A stretch of 63,131 bases of DNA, counting the filler. It is 4 parts of 4 records of this genome, joined end to end, with 100 filler letters (N's around TTAATTAATTAA, not from the genome) between each part and the next. Parts side by side here need not be neighbours in the genome. Positions count along the whole stretch, not along the records: positions 21,537 to 35,287 come from SRR31156797_930; positions 35,388 to 57,313 come from SRR31156797_937; 2 more parts are not named here. One strand, given 5' to 3'. Positions 28,918 through 37,636 of this stretch are shown here, piece by piece. A program made the translations under genes and the position numbers. Each line of letters begins with the position of its first letter. The stretch's first letter is position 1. The notes under the pieces are model-generated. The model saw only the letters and a list, made by a program, of their open reading frames with translations. It was not told the DNA's origin and did not search any database.

Positions 28918-29680
28918 AAATGAGATAACTATCCTGAAGATAGGAGGTAGTGTCATCACCGACAAAAGTGCTGATGACGGTGCTGCAAGAATAGATGAGA
29001 TTAAGCGTATTGCCGGTGAGATCGCAGGTTTTGAAGGAAAACTTATCATTGTTCACGGAGCCGGCTCATTTGGGCATCCACAGGTTAAACGCTTCGGACT
29101 TACAGGAAAGTTCGACCATGAAGGCTCAATAATAACCCACATGTCAGTAAGAAAGCTCAACACAATGGTTGTTGAAGCCCTGAACTCAGCAGGCGTTAAT
29201 GCACTGCCGGTTCACCCAATGGCATGTACAGTATCTGAAAACAGCAGGGTAAAGAACATGTTCCTTGAACAAATAAAGGAAATGCTTGCAAACGGATTTG
29301 TACCAGTGCTTCACGGCGACATGGTCATGGACAGCGAGCTTGGAACATCAGTCCTTTCAGGTGACCAGATAGTACCTTACCTTGCAATAAAGATGAAGGC
29401 ATCGAGGATTGGAATCGGAAGCGCTGAAGAAGGTGTGCTTGATAATAACGGCAAAGTAATACCCAATATCAGCAAGAATAATTTTGACACCGTTAAAGAA
29501 TACCTCGGAGGTTCTGCCAACACTGATGTGACGGGCGGAATGCTGGGAAAAGTACTTGAGCTTTTAAACCTAAGTGAGCAAACAAACAGTACTTCTTATA
29601 TATTCAACGCAGGAAATACTGGAAACGTATCCACTTTCCTGAATGGCGAAAATATAGGCACTGCGATTTCTGGTGTCTGA
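28910..29680 (+). CDS. ipk: Isopentenyl phosphate kinase
   Basis: LKIGGSVITDK, HGAGSFGH, PVLHGD, SGDQ, DVTGGMLGK. Confidence 0.94.
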   Translation: MDKNEITILKIGGSVITDKSADDGAARIDEIKRIAGEIAGFEGKLIIVHGAGSFGHPQVKRFGLTGKFDHEGSIITHMSVRKLNTMVVEALNSAGVNALPVHPMACTVSENSRVKNMFLEQIKEMLANGFVPVLHGDMVMDSELGTSVLSGDQIVPYLAIKMKASRIGIGSAEEGVLDNNGKVIPNISKNNFDTVKEYLGGSANTDVTGGMLGKVLELLNLSEQTNSTSYIFNAGNTGNVSTFLNGENIGTAISGV

Positions 29681-29704
29681 TAAATGCAATACAAATATTA
29701 GTCA

Positions 29705-29781
29705 GAGTTTAAGTCTGAGCCTAAGTTTAAGTTTGAATGTAAGTCGAAATTCAATTTAAGTTTAAATTAAAATCCAAGTTA
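29705..29781. repeat. Degenerate ~6-bp periodic intergenic repeat (RAGTYT/AAGTTT-like units)
   Basis: GAGTTT AAGTCT GAGCCT AAGTTT AAGTTT GAATGT AAGTCG ... AAGTTT AAATTA AAATCC AAGTTA between ipk and fni. Confidence 0.45.
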
Positions 29782-29795
29782 GCAAAGGAATTATC

Positions 29796-30899
29796 ATGAG
29801 CACTTCCAGGAGAAAGATAGAGCATCTTGAGTTATGCGCTGCAAGCCCGGTAGAGTCTAGAAAAACAGGACCAGGATTCCAGGACGTAATGCTGGTTCAC
29901 AGAGCTCTCCCGGAGATGAACATGGAAGACATTGACCTGTCCACAAGTTTCCTGGGAAAGGACATGAATGCACCTTTCATGATAGCATCCATAACAGGCG
30001 GACACCCGGAAACAATCCCTGTCAATGCAGCACTTGCAGAAGCTGCAGAAGAACTTGGCATCGGAATTGGAGTTGGCAGCCAGCGGGCAGCCATAGAAGA
30101 CCCCACGCAGGAAGAATCATTCAGTATTGTGAGGGAAAAAGCACCCAATGCATTTGTTTACGGAAATATCGGTGCTGCACAGATCAGGGAATACGGAGTT
30201 GATGGTGTTGAAAAGATCATAGAAATGATCGATGCGGATGCCATTGCAATTCACCTTAATTTCCTGCAGGAAGCCATACAGCCAGAAGGCGACAGGGACG
30301 CTTCCGGAGCACTTGAAGTTATCAGGGAAATCTGTTCACTTGATGTACCCGTGGTTATAAAAGAGACAGGAGCAGGAATCTCACATGAAGATGCATTCCT
30401 GTTAAAAGAAGCAGGTGTATCTGCCATAGATGTAGGCGGAGTCGGAGGTACAAGCTGGTCCGGTGTGGAAGTATATCGTGCCAGACAAAGAAAGGACCTG
30501 GAATCCGAATTACTCGGGGAATTGTTCTGGGATTTCGGCATACCAACCGTACCAAGCATCGTTGAATGCAGTGTATCACTACCTGTTATTGCAACCGGTG
30601 GACTGAGAACCGGACTTGACATTGCAAAATCAATTGCTGTGGGAGCTTCAGTCGGAAGCGCCGCACTACCTTTTGTCGAACCTGCCATGAAAGGAAAAGA
30701 CGAAGTTGTGGAGAGCATCAGGCATATGCTTAACGAACTCAGAGTGTCAATGTTCCTCTGCGGTTGCAGGAATATTAATGATCTGCACCTCTCACCTGCT
30801 GTGATAAGCGGGTGGACAAGGGAATATCTTGAACTGCGCGGTTTTAACCTTAAAGATCTTGCCATGCGTTCTACAAATAACGACCTTTTGGCAGTTTAA
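29796..30899 (+). CDS. fni: Type 2 isopentenyl-diphosphate delta-isomerase
   Basis: RRKIEHL, SITGG, GVGSQR, HLNFLQEAIQPEGD, KETGAG, GGTSW. Confidence 0.96.
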   Translation: MSTSRRKIEHLELCAASPVESRKTGPGFQDVMLVHRALPEMNMEDIDLSTSFLGKDMNAPFMIASITGGHPETIPVNAALAEAAEELGIGIGVGSQRAAIEDPTQEESFSIVREKAPNAFVYGNIGAAQIREYGVDGVEKIIEMIDADAIAIHLNFLQEAIQPEGDRDASGALEVIREICSLDVPVVIKETGAGISHEDAFLLKEAGVSAIDVGGVGGTSWSGVEVYRARQRKDLESELLGELFWDFGIPTVPSIVECSVSLPVIATGGLRTGLDIAKSIAVGASVGSAALPFVEPAMKGKDEVVESIRHMLNELRVSMFLCGCRNINDLHLSPAVISGWTREYLELRGFNLKDLAMRSTNNDLLAV

Positions 30900-30959
30900 C
30901 ATTCATCACTCAAAGGGAAAATATAAATAAAATATTTTTAATAAAAAGAGAGTAATATT

Positions 30960-32306
30960 ATGACCGAAATAGGAATTATTGCAGTTGGCGGCTATAACGA
31001 GATGGGCCGGAATATGACTGCTATCAGGATCAATGATGATATTATCATCGTTGATATGGGTCTTCGCCTGGACAGGGTCCAGATACATGAAGACGTAGAG
31101 ACCGACAAAATGCATTCACTTGAGCTTATTGAGATGGGAGCCATTCCAGATGACACCATCATGAAAGAAGTAAATGGGAATGTACGTGCGATAGTTTGTA
31201 CCCATGGTCACCTTGACCACATTGGTGCAATTCCAAAACTTGCACATAGATATGCAGCTCCGATAATAGGGACACCTTATACAACAGCCCTTATTAAACA
31301 CCAGATAGATTCTGAGAGGAAATTCGGAGTAAAGAACAACATCTTGTCAATGAAAGCAGGCGAGAGCAAGAAGATTACAGATGATATAACCATTGAATTT
31401 GTCAATACACAACACAGTATAATCGACACTATATTCCTTGTAATCCACACCCCTGGTGGCGCCCTTGTATATGCATGTGATTTCAAGCTTGACAGGACTC
31501 CTACACTTGGAGAGGCACCGGACTTTGAAAGACTCAAGGAGCTTGGAGAAGAAGGAGTTGTTGCCCTCATAACAGAAAGTACTAACGCAGGACGCAATGG
31601 AAAAGCACCTTCTGAAATGATAGCACATTCCATGCTCAGGGACGTCCTCCTGGAGACTGAGGAATCAGATGTTGGTATGATTGTCACAACCTTTGCTTCA
31701 CACGTATCCCGTGTAAATTCAATCGTTAAATTTGCACAGGAAATGGGCAGAATTCCTGTACTCATGGGTAACTCCATGGAGAGATACATTGGAACTGCAC
31801 AGAAAATGGGTTTCATTGAGCTTCCTAAAAATGTTGAGATATACGGAAAGCGCAGGGAAATTGACAAGGCATTTACAAAGATCATGGAAAAAGGCAAGAA
31901 CAAATACCTTCCGGTTATCACAGGTCACCAGGGAGAACCCGGAGCTGTACTTGGAAGAATTGCAGCCGGCGAGACACCTTTTAAGATCGACAAAGGTGAC
32001 AGGATTATTTTCTCTGCCAACATTATTCCAAACCCTATGACACAGGCAAACCGCTATGCACTTGAGACTAAACTGAAGATGCGCGGAGCCAGAATCTATG
32101 ACAATGTCCACGTATCAGGACATGCTTACCGTGAAGACCACTGGGAACTTCTCAAGATGCTTAAACCGGAGCATATTATCCCTGCACACGGAACCATACA
32201 GATGCACAGCGAGTACATCCAGATGGCAGAAGATGCAGGATACATACTTGGAGACACCCTCCACCTCCTGAGAAACGGAGAAGAACTCTACATTGAAGAA
32301 GAATAA
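30960..32306 (+). CDS. rnj: RNase J family beta-CASP ribonuclease
   Basis: GGYNEMGRNM, THGHLDHIG, HSIID, DFK, GHQGEP, HVSGH, PAHG. Confidence 0.94.
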   Translation: MTEIGIIAVGGYNEMGRNMTAIRINDDIIIVDMGLRLDRVQIHEDVETDKMHSLELIEMGAIPDDTIMKEVNGNVRAIVCTHGHLDHIGAIPKLAHRYAAPIIGTPYTTALIKHQIDSERKFGVKNNILSMKAGESKKITDDITIEFVNTQHSIIDTIFLVIHTPGGALVYACDFKLDRTPTLGEAPDFERLKELGEEGVVALITESTNAGRNGKAPSEMIAHSMLRDVLLETEESDVGMIVTTFASHVSRVNSIVKFAQEMGRIPVLMGNSMERYIGTAQKMGFIELPKNVEIYGKRREIDKAFTKIMEKGKNKYLPVITGHQGEPGAVLGRIAAGETPFKIDKGDRIIFSANIIPNPMTQANRYALETKLKMRGARIYDNVHVSGHAYREDHWELLKMLKPEHIIPAHGTIQMHSEYIQMAEDAGYILGDTLHLLRNGEELYIEEE

Positions 32307-32328
32307 TATATTTGGATAAGGGATCTTA

Positions 32329-33297
32329 ATGGATTTGATCGAAGAGATTAAAAAACGTTCAATGCATGTCGACGAAGGTATTGAGGATTACCTTCCTGTC
32401 GTCAAGCCATATGAACTTTACAAGGCAGCCAGATACCTTCCGGATGCAGGAGGAAAAAGACTTCGTCCTGCAACAGTCATCCTTGCGGCAGAAGCTGTCG
32501 GCTCTGATCTTGAAACCGTTCTTCCGGCTGCAGTAGCTGTGGAACTTGTCCATAATTTCACACTGGTACACGATGACATCATGGACAGAGATGACATCCG
32601 CCGCGGAATGCCTTCTGTGCATATAAAGTGGGGAGAGGCAGGAGCAATTCTTGCCGGAGATACACTTTATTCAAAGGCTTTTGAGATACTTACCCGCGCA
32701 CCGGCAGGAGCACCTGAACGTAACCTGAAATGTATCGATATTCTTTCCAAGGCCTGCAGGGATATCTGTGAAGGCCAGTGGATGGATGTTGAGTTTGAGG
32801 ACCGGGACGATGTCACAAAGGAAGAATACCTTGAGATGATCGAGAAGAAGACTGGTGTACTCTATGCAGCTTCAATGCAGATTGGTGCAATTCTTGGTGG
32901 AGCATCCGAAGAAGTATCAGATGCATTCTACGAATGTGGAAGACTCATCGGTATCGCTTTCCAGATCTATGATGATGTCATCGATATGACCACTCCTGAG
33001 GAAGTCCTCGGTAAGGTCAGGGGCAGTGACCTCATGGAAGGAAAGAAGACCCTTATTGCCATACATGCCCTGAACAAAGGCGTTGAAATCAAGATATTTG
33101 GCAAAGGGGAAGCTACAACAGAAGAGATCAACGAGGCAGTCCGCCAACTTGAGGAAGCAGGCTCCATAGATTACGTAAGAGACCTCGCACTGTCCTATAT
33201 TGCAAAGGGCAAGGAGCTTCTTGACGTTGTTGACGATTCCGAAGCAAAAACAATTCTCAAGGCAATTGCAGATTATATGATCACAAGATCATACTGA
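32329..33297 (+). CDS. idsA: Geranylgeranyl diphosphate synthase
   Basis: GGKRLRP, HNFTLVHDDIMD...RRG, GQWMD, KKTG, FQIYDD, EGKKT. Confidence 0.95.
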   Translation: MDLIEEIKKRSMHVDEGIEDYLPVVKPYELYKAARYLPDAGGKRLRPATVILAAEAVGSDLETVLPAAVAVELVHNFTLVHDDIMDRDDIRRGMPSVHIKWGEAGAILAGDTLYSKAFEILTRAPAGAPERNLKCIDILSKACRDICEGQWMDVEFEDRDDVTKEEYLEMIEKKTGVLYAASMQIGAILGGASEEVSDAFYECGRLIGIAFQIYDDVIDMTTPEEVLGKVRGSDLMEGKKTLIAIHALNKGVEIKIFGKGEATTEEINEAVRQLEEAGSIDYVRDLALSYIAKGKELLDVVDDSEAKTILKAIADYMITRSY

Positions 33298-33309
33298 TCT
33301 GTACATTAT

Positions 33310-33335
33310 CTTTTTTCTTTTTATTTTACTCTTTT
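33310..33335 (+). terminator. Archaeal oligo-T terminator after idsA
   Basis: CTTTTTTCTTTTTATTTTACTCTTTT just after the stop codon. Confidence 0.55.
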
Positions 33336-33361
33336 ACAGAGCCGTGGCTGTGCCTGTAAAA

Positions 33362-33471
33362 TGAATAAAGAGAGGATTTTCTAAGGGTACACTGCATTAC
33401 ATGAAGAAAAATGCAAAGGGGATAAACCGTTTACTATGGCTAAGCATGTGAGGGAGAGATTGGAGATATAT
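33362..33471 (+). pseudogene. 3' fragment of a casposase (casposon Cas1) C-terminal HTH region, with one frameshift
   Basis: Manual translation: *IKRGFSKGTLHYMKKNAK, a 1-nt frameshift near 33420, then GDKPFTMAKHVRERLEIY. This resembles my recollection of the Methanosarcina casposase C-terminus (W-KK-x-GFSKGTLHYMK-x-NAK-x-DKPFT-x3-HV). Not verified by search. Confidence 0.75.
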
Positions 33472-33473
33472 GA

Positions 33474-33698
33474 AAGGAAGCCAACAACATTGATGAAGAG
33501 AAATTAGAGCTTCAGAGAGCACAGACATTCATTGATGAGAAATCTATCAAACAGAAGATACTGGCTTTGACTCCAAAGGAAGCAAAGGCATACGGGGTTA
33601 TGGAAAGGAGTACCCTCAAAAGAATGAAGGACAGAATTTTGAGTGGTGAAAAATTTAATTTCTGGGTAACGGAGGTGAGGAAATTAACTTTAATTTAA
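33474..33698 (+). pseudogene. 3' fragment of a casposon-type family B DNA polymerase
   Basis: Open frame with no start codon, preceded by TGA: KEANNIDEEKLELQRAQTFIDEKSIKQKILALTPKEAKAYGVMERSTLKRMKDRILSGEKFNFWVTEVRKLTLI*. It resembles the recalled (YIG)KEANNIDE...KILALTP..A...G...RSTL tail of casposon PolBs. Not verified by search. Confidence 0.7.
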
Positions 33699-34499
33699 TA
33701 TAAATTCGTAATGATCCTCTTCCTTTTTCTCTTTTAAACAACATTTTTTGTATTTTAACCCTGAACCACACGGGCATAACTCATTTCGACCAACTTTAGA
33801 GTATTTAGAAACAGTTTTTTTGCATATTTCATAATCCCACAATTCCCATGGGGACGAAACAATTTTAGGTAAATACTCTAAAAGCGGAAAGCTGTACTCA
33901 CGGCCTACAATATCTATAACAGAATATTTCTGAACAGGATTGTCTGTGAGTGATATTTCTAAAAGGGTCATATCAGTGACAACTGCTGAACATGGTTCTC
34001 CATCATATATTTCCCCATTTTCATGTTCGCATTGATTTCGAGGTGTAATTAATTCATTGCAAATAGAACACCTTCGTTTTCCTGTAAACCCCGGACTTAT
34101 AAAAGTTTTGTATGGGAATAATGATTGGAATTTTGTTACATATTTCCTAATATGTTCTATACCAAAGTCGTCATGTTTGTCATTAAAGTGTTTGTCTAAA
34201 AATGAGATTTCAATTTCACATCTTTCCAAGGAACACCAGGCATCATAAAAGTTTTTATTCTTGATCTGATTATATGATGCTACAAATTTGTCTTGAATCC
34301 TCCCAATTGTTTCAAAGCACCATGCTACTTTAGCAACTAATTGATTAGAAGAAGCAACAGCTCTTTTTTTAATTTTGGAGAGTTCTTCCCAATACTCATT
34401 AGGTAAAAGGTCATTTTGTCTACTTTTAAATTGCAATGCAATATTTCTTGGATTTGAAAAAATAATACTACGATATATCAAATTTTCAACATCATTCAT
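33690..34499 (-). CDS. SEC-C zinc-binding protein with a central prohead-protease-like Cys-rich core
   Basis: C-terminal KVGRNELCPCGSGLKYKKCC (SEC-C); central ISPGF...CSIC-x9-CEH-x2-G-x2-YDG-x2-C...LLEISLTDNP. Confidence 0.8.
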   Translation of the reverse strand: MNDVENLIYRSIIFSNPRNIALQFKSRQNDLLPNEYWEELSKIKKRAVASSNQLVAKVAWCFETIGRIQDKFVASYNQIKNKNFYDAWCSLERCEIEISFLDKHFNDKHDDFGIEHIRKYVTKFQSLFPYKTFISPGFTGKRRCSICNELITPRNQCEHENGEIYDGEPCSAVVTDMTLLEISLTDNPVQKYSVIDIVGREYSFPLLEYLPKIVSSPWELWDYEICKKTVSKYSKVGRNELCPCGSGLKYKKCCLKEKKEEDHYEFILN

Positions 34500-34523
34500 T
34501 TATGCAACCACACTGTACTTAAA

Positions 34524-35027
34524 TCACTCTACAATTTTAGACAATGTATATTCGTACTGGTCTGCTGGACCTTCATATTCAATTAATCTGTTTTCTTCAT
34601 CGCCAGTGGAAATGATTATTCTACTTTTCACAATAGTATTATCAACTTTTAACTTTTCATATATATAATTTGCAATCAACCCTGTAACTATTGGGAGAAA
34701 TATTCCCGATATAATTATTGTGGGAAGAGTTACTATAGCGGAGTGTTGTGCCAACTCTAAATAGTCTTCATCCTTTGTAGCGATATCAACTGTTACTTCT
34801 TTTTGAGCTTCTTTTTGTAAATATTGAAAGAAATCTACTGTACCAACAGGAAATATGTTTTTATTTTTTAGTTCATCTCGATTTTCGTTAAGAGTGAGAG
34901 GAGCAATGAGAATATTAGCTAACGAAATGGCACTTATAAGTGATTGATCATCTGTACATTTTTCAACGACAGAATTTAAGGTGATATTTGTTGGCTTATC
35001 TATAAATTTAATGTCATTTGTGTTCAT
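34524..35027 (-). CDS. Hypothetical single-pass membrane protein
   Basis: 167-aa ORF with hydrophobic segment IVTLPTIIISGIFLPIVTGLIANYIY, 24 nt upstream of the SEC-C gene and co-oriented with it. Confidence 0.75.
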   Translation of the reverse strand: MNTNDIKFIDKPTNITLNSVVEKCTDDQSLISAISLANILIAPLTLNENRDELKNKNIFPVGTVDFFQYLQKEAQKEVTVDIATKDEDYLELAQHSAIVTLPTIIISGIFLPIVTGLIANYIYEKLKVDNTIVKSRIIISTGDEENRLIEYEGPADQYEYTLSKIVE

Positions 35028-35138
35028 AATATACCCGTGAAAATTAATATGAAAAGTTTATCTTCACCTTATTACTTAATTTTATGGATCTATTCACAAT
35101 TTCATTTCACTAGAAAATAATAATATTAAATTGATAAC

Positions 35139-35168
35139 CGTTGCGTTTTTTGGTTATTACTATTACCC
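35139..35168. repeat. Candidate casposon terminal inverted repeat (single surviving end)
   Basis: CGTTGCGTTTTTTGGTTATTACTATTACCC; the reverse complement begins GGG...AAAAAACGCAACG, resembling my recollection of Methanosarcina casposon ends. The partner copy is not in the window. Confidence 0.5.
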
Positions 35169-35287
35169 GCAGGAATCCTGCCAATTCCAACTCCGAAACC
35201 AGCAATTCTCAATAACTGCACAATTAAATAGTCTTCAGGATAGTGGTGACGGAACGTGCCGCCTGCGGCGGATGGTCGCATTGTTCT

Positions 35288-35387
35288 NNNNNNNNNNNNN
35301 NNNNNNNNNNNNNNNNNNNNNNNNNNNNNNNTTAATTAATTAANNNNNNNNNNNNNNNNNNNNNNNNNNNNNNNNNNNNNNNNNNNN
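35288..35387. other. Artificial contig spacer
   Basis: N-run + TTAATTAATTAA + N-run. Confidence 0.99.
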
Positions 35388-35968
35388 ACTTTACCAACAA
35401 GGTCAGCACCAACGTCAGCCGCTTTAGTATAGATACCACCACCTACTCTTGCGAAAAGAGCGATAGAGGAAGCACCCATTGCGAAACCGTTGATGTATTT
35501 AGCTGTCTCCGGCTTGCCGAAGATGATAAAGAGTATACCAACACCGAGAAGACCAAGGGATGCAACAGCGAGACCCATAACAGCACCACCGTTATAAGAA
35601 ACGGAAAGTGCAGAAGCGAGCCCGCCTGTTCTAGCGGCTTCAGATGTTCTAACATTAGCTCTTGTAGCTGATTTCATACCGAAAAATCCAGCCATGATGG
35701 AGCAGATAGCACCACCAAGGAAAGAGAGTGCTGTGTAAATACCGAGGTCTTGCGGGAAGAGCATAAGTACAAAAACTATTGCGATAAAGATTGCAAGTAC
35801 CTTGTACTCACGGCCGAGGAAGGCCATAGCACCATCGTGAATCTGATCTGAGATATCTCTCATTTTCTCGCTGCCTACAGGCTGCTTAACAACGCTAGTG
35901 TAAATCACGTAAGCGATGATAAGTCCAACCACACCAAGTACCGGCGCGAGGTAAGACAAGTTTGTCAT
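35388..35968 (-). CDS. hppA: Membrane-bound Na+/H+-translocating pyrophosphatase, N-terminal part (truncated by contig end)
   Basis: GAMAFLGREY, ANVRT, GGAVMG, FARVGGGIYTKAADVGADLVGK. Confidence 0.95.
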
Positions 35969-36072
35969 TTCTAATTCCTCCTAATGGAATATTTATATTG
36001 TAAAGCAATTGTGCAATGTCTTGAAACTTGCTCCCCACGTTGCTCGAAAGCTACGCAAAATAAGCAACTGAC

Positions 36073-36672
36073 TCAACCTTCACCCATCTGCTCGTTTTCT
36101 CCCTCATCCTGGGGTTTTGGTTTAGTATTAAAGACGTTCATCGCTGGACGTACCCCTTCCTTAATACAGCAAACTACAGCTTTTACACCAAAATCTATGA
36201 ATTCGTCAAGTTTTTCAGACTCTTCAGGGGAAAATTTTCCTAAAACGTGCCCGACAGTGTCTTTCTGCCCATCTTTTCCGATGCCCATCTTCAGCCGTAT
36301 AAACGATTTGTCCCCGAGCATCTGGATCATTGAGCGAATGCCTTTATGACCGCCGTCGTTACCGCCTTTCTTAATCTTTAACCTGCCGAACTCTATATCC
36401 ATATCATCATGGATACCTATAATGTCTTCGACTTCTATCTTATAATAAGCAGCGAGCGGCTGAACGGACTCTCCTGATAAATTCATATAGGTGTGAGGTT
36501 TAAGGATGTAGTGCTTCTCACCATCCATAAAAAACTCTGCATATTCGCCCTTATATCCACTGGAAAAAGACGCAGAGTTATCAGATGCGAGCTTATCTGC
36601 CACCAGAAAACCTAAATTGTGTCTCGTCCGGTCGTACTTACTCCCCGGATTACCAAGACCGACTATAAGCAC
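36073..36672 (-). CDS. pth: Peptidyl-tRNA hydrolase
   Basis: LIVGLGNPG, TRHNLGF, KPHTYMNLSG, HDDMD, GGHKG. Confidence 0.96.
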   Translation of the reverse strand: MLIVGLGNPGSKYDRTRHNLGFLVADKLASDNSASFSSGYKGEYAEFFMDGEKHYILKPHTYMNLSGESVQPLAAYYKIEVEDIIGIHDDMDIEFGRLKIKKGGNDGGHKGIRSMIQMLGDKSFIRLKMGIGKDGQKDTVGHVLGKFSPEESEKLDEFIDFGVKAVVCCIKEGVRPAMNVFNTKPKPQDEGENEQMGEG

Positions 36673-36676
36673 TTAT

Positions 36677-37624
36677 TTATACCTGCCCCTTAGCAAAAAG
36701 TGAGCTGATTGACTCTTTCTGATAGATTCTTGTGATCGCCTCAGAGAGGAGACCTGCAACAGAAAGAACTTTAATCTTGCTTACCTCTGCATTAAAAGGG
36801 ACTGAGTCAGTGATTATTACTTCCTTAAGCGGTGACTCTATGATGCGCTCTATAGCAGGACCAGAAAGCACACCGTGAGCAGCAGAAGCGTAAACTTCAG
36901 TAGCTCCGTTCTCTATACAAGCTTTAGCCGCCTGGGTAAGAGTCCCTGCTGTGTCAATCATGTCATCAACAAGAATAACTTTTTTATTTTTCACATCACC
37001 GATAACATGCATAGCCTCAGCGACATTAGCTTTCTCTCTACGTTTATCTACGATTGCGAGTGTTGTCTCAAGGATCTTGCTGTAAGCTCTCGCTCTGGCA
37101 ACACCACCAGCGTCAGGAGAAACAACAACATATTCCTCACCTAACATCCCCTGCTCTCTAAAGTAAGACTCAAAAACAGGTGATGAATAGAGGTTATCAA
37201 CAGGAATGTCAAAGAATCCCTGAATCTGTCCTGCGTGCAGGTTCATTGTAACCACCCTGTCGATACCGGATTTTGTGAGGAGGTTAGCAACAAGCTTTGC
37301 AGTGATAGCCACACGAGGCTCACTCGTTCTATCCTGTCTTGCATACCCGAAGTAAGGCATAATAGCTGTTACACTGTTAGCAGAAGCTCTCTTAAGCGCA
37401 TCAACCATAACCATCATTTCGATGAGATGCTCTTCTGCCGGAGCACATGTGGATTGAATAAGGAATACGTCACGACCACGGACACTCTCGTTAATACGGA
37501 CGAAAATCTCTCCGTCACTGAATTTGCGTACATCGGCATCTCCCAGCCTAATACCAAGCTTGGAAACGATGCTCTGAGCGAGTTCTTTGTTAGAGTTTCC
37601 GGCGAAAACAAGATAATCCATCAC
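36677..37624 (-). CDS. prs: Ribose-phosphate pyrophosphokinase
   Basis: FSDGE, PYFGYARQDR, LHAGQIQGFF, VSPDAGG, VDDMIDTAGT. Confidence 0.97.
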   Translation of the reverse strand: MMDYLVFAGNSNKELAQSIVSKLGIRLGDADVRKFSDGEIFVRINESVRGRDVFLIQSTCAPAEEHLIEMMVMVDALKRASANSVTAIMPYFGYARQDRTSEPRVAITAKLVANLLTKSGIDRVVTMNLHAGQIQGFFDIPVDNLYSSPVFESYFREQGMLGEEYVVVSPDAGGVARARAYSKILETTLAIVDKRREKANVAEAMHVIGDVKNKKVILVDDMIDTAGTLTQAAKACIENGATEVYASAAHGVLSGPAIERIIESPLKEVIITDSVPFNAEVSKIKVLSVAGLLSEAITRIYQKESISSLFAKGQV

Positions 37625-37636
37625 TTACTCCTGTAA

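Larger units (their letters stand above)
33362..35168. mobile_element. Decayed casposon remnant (cas1 and polB 3' ends, two cargo genes, candidate right TIR)
   Basis: Adjacent casposase-like and PolB-like fragments, two visibly AT-rich cargo genes, and a TIR-like end CGTTGCGTTTTTTGGTTATTACTATTACCC. No left TIR or target-site duplication was found. Confidence 0.68.

Noticed and set aside
27166-33297. MEMO1 and RNase J embedded among mevalonate-pathway genes
   Set aside because: This is a known conserved archaeal superoperon arrangement.
33690-34499. Calling the SEC-C protein SecA, or part of a prophage head module
   Set aside because: Only the ~20-aa zinc motif is shared with SecA, and no portal, terminase or capsid genes are adjacent.
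33300-35287. CRISPR array near the Cas1-like fragment
   Set aside because: No repeat-spacer pattern is visible here or elsewhere in the window; the adjacent PolB-like fragment points to a casposon instead.
35131-35343. 70-aa ORF at the end of the archaeal contig
   Set aside because: It runs into the N-linker, has a TTG start with no support and overlaps the candidate TIR.
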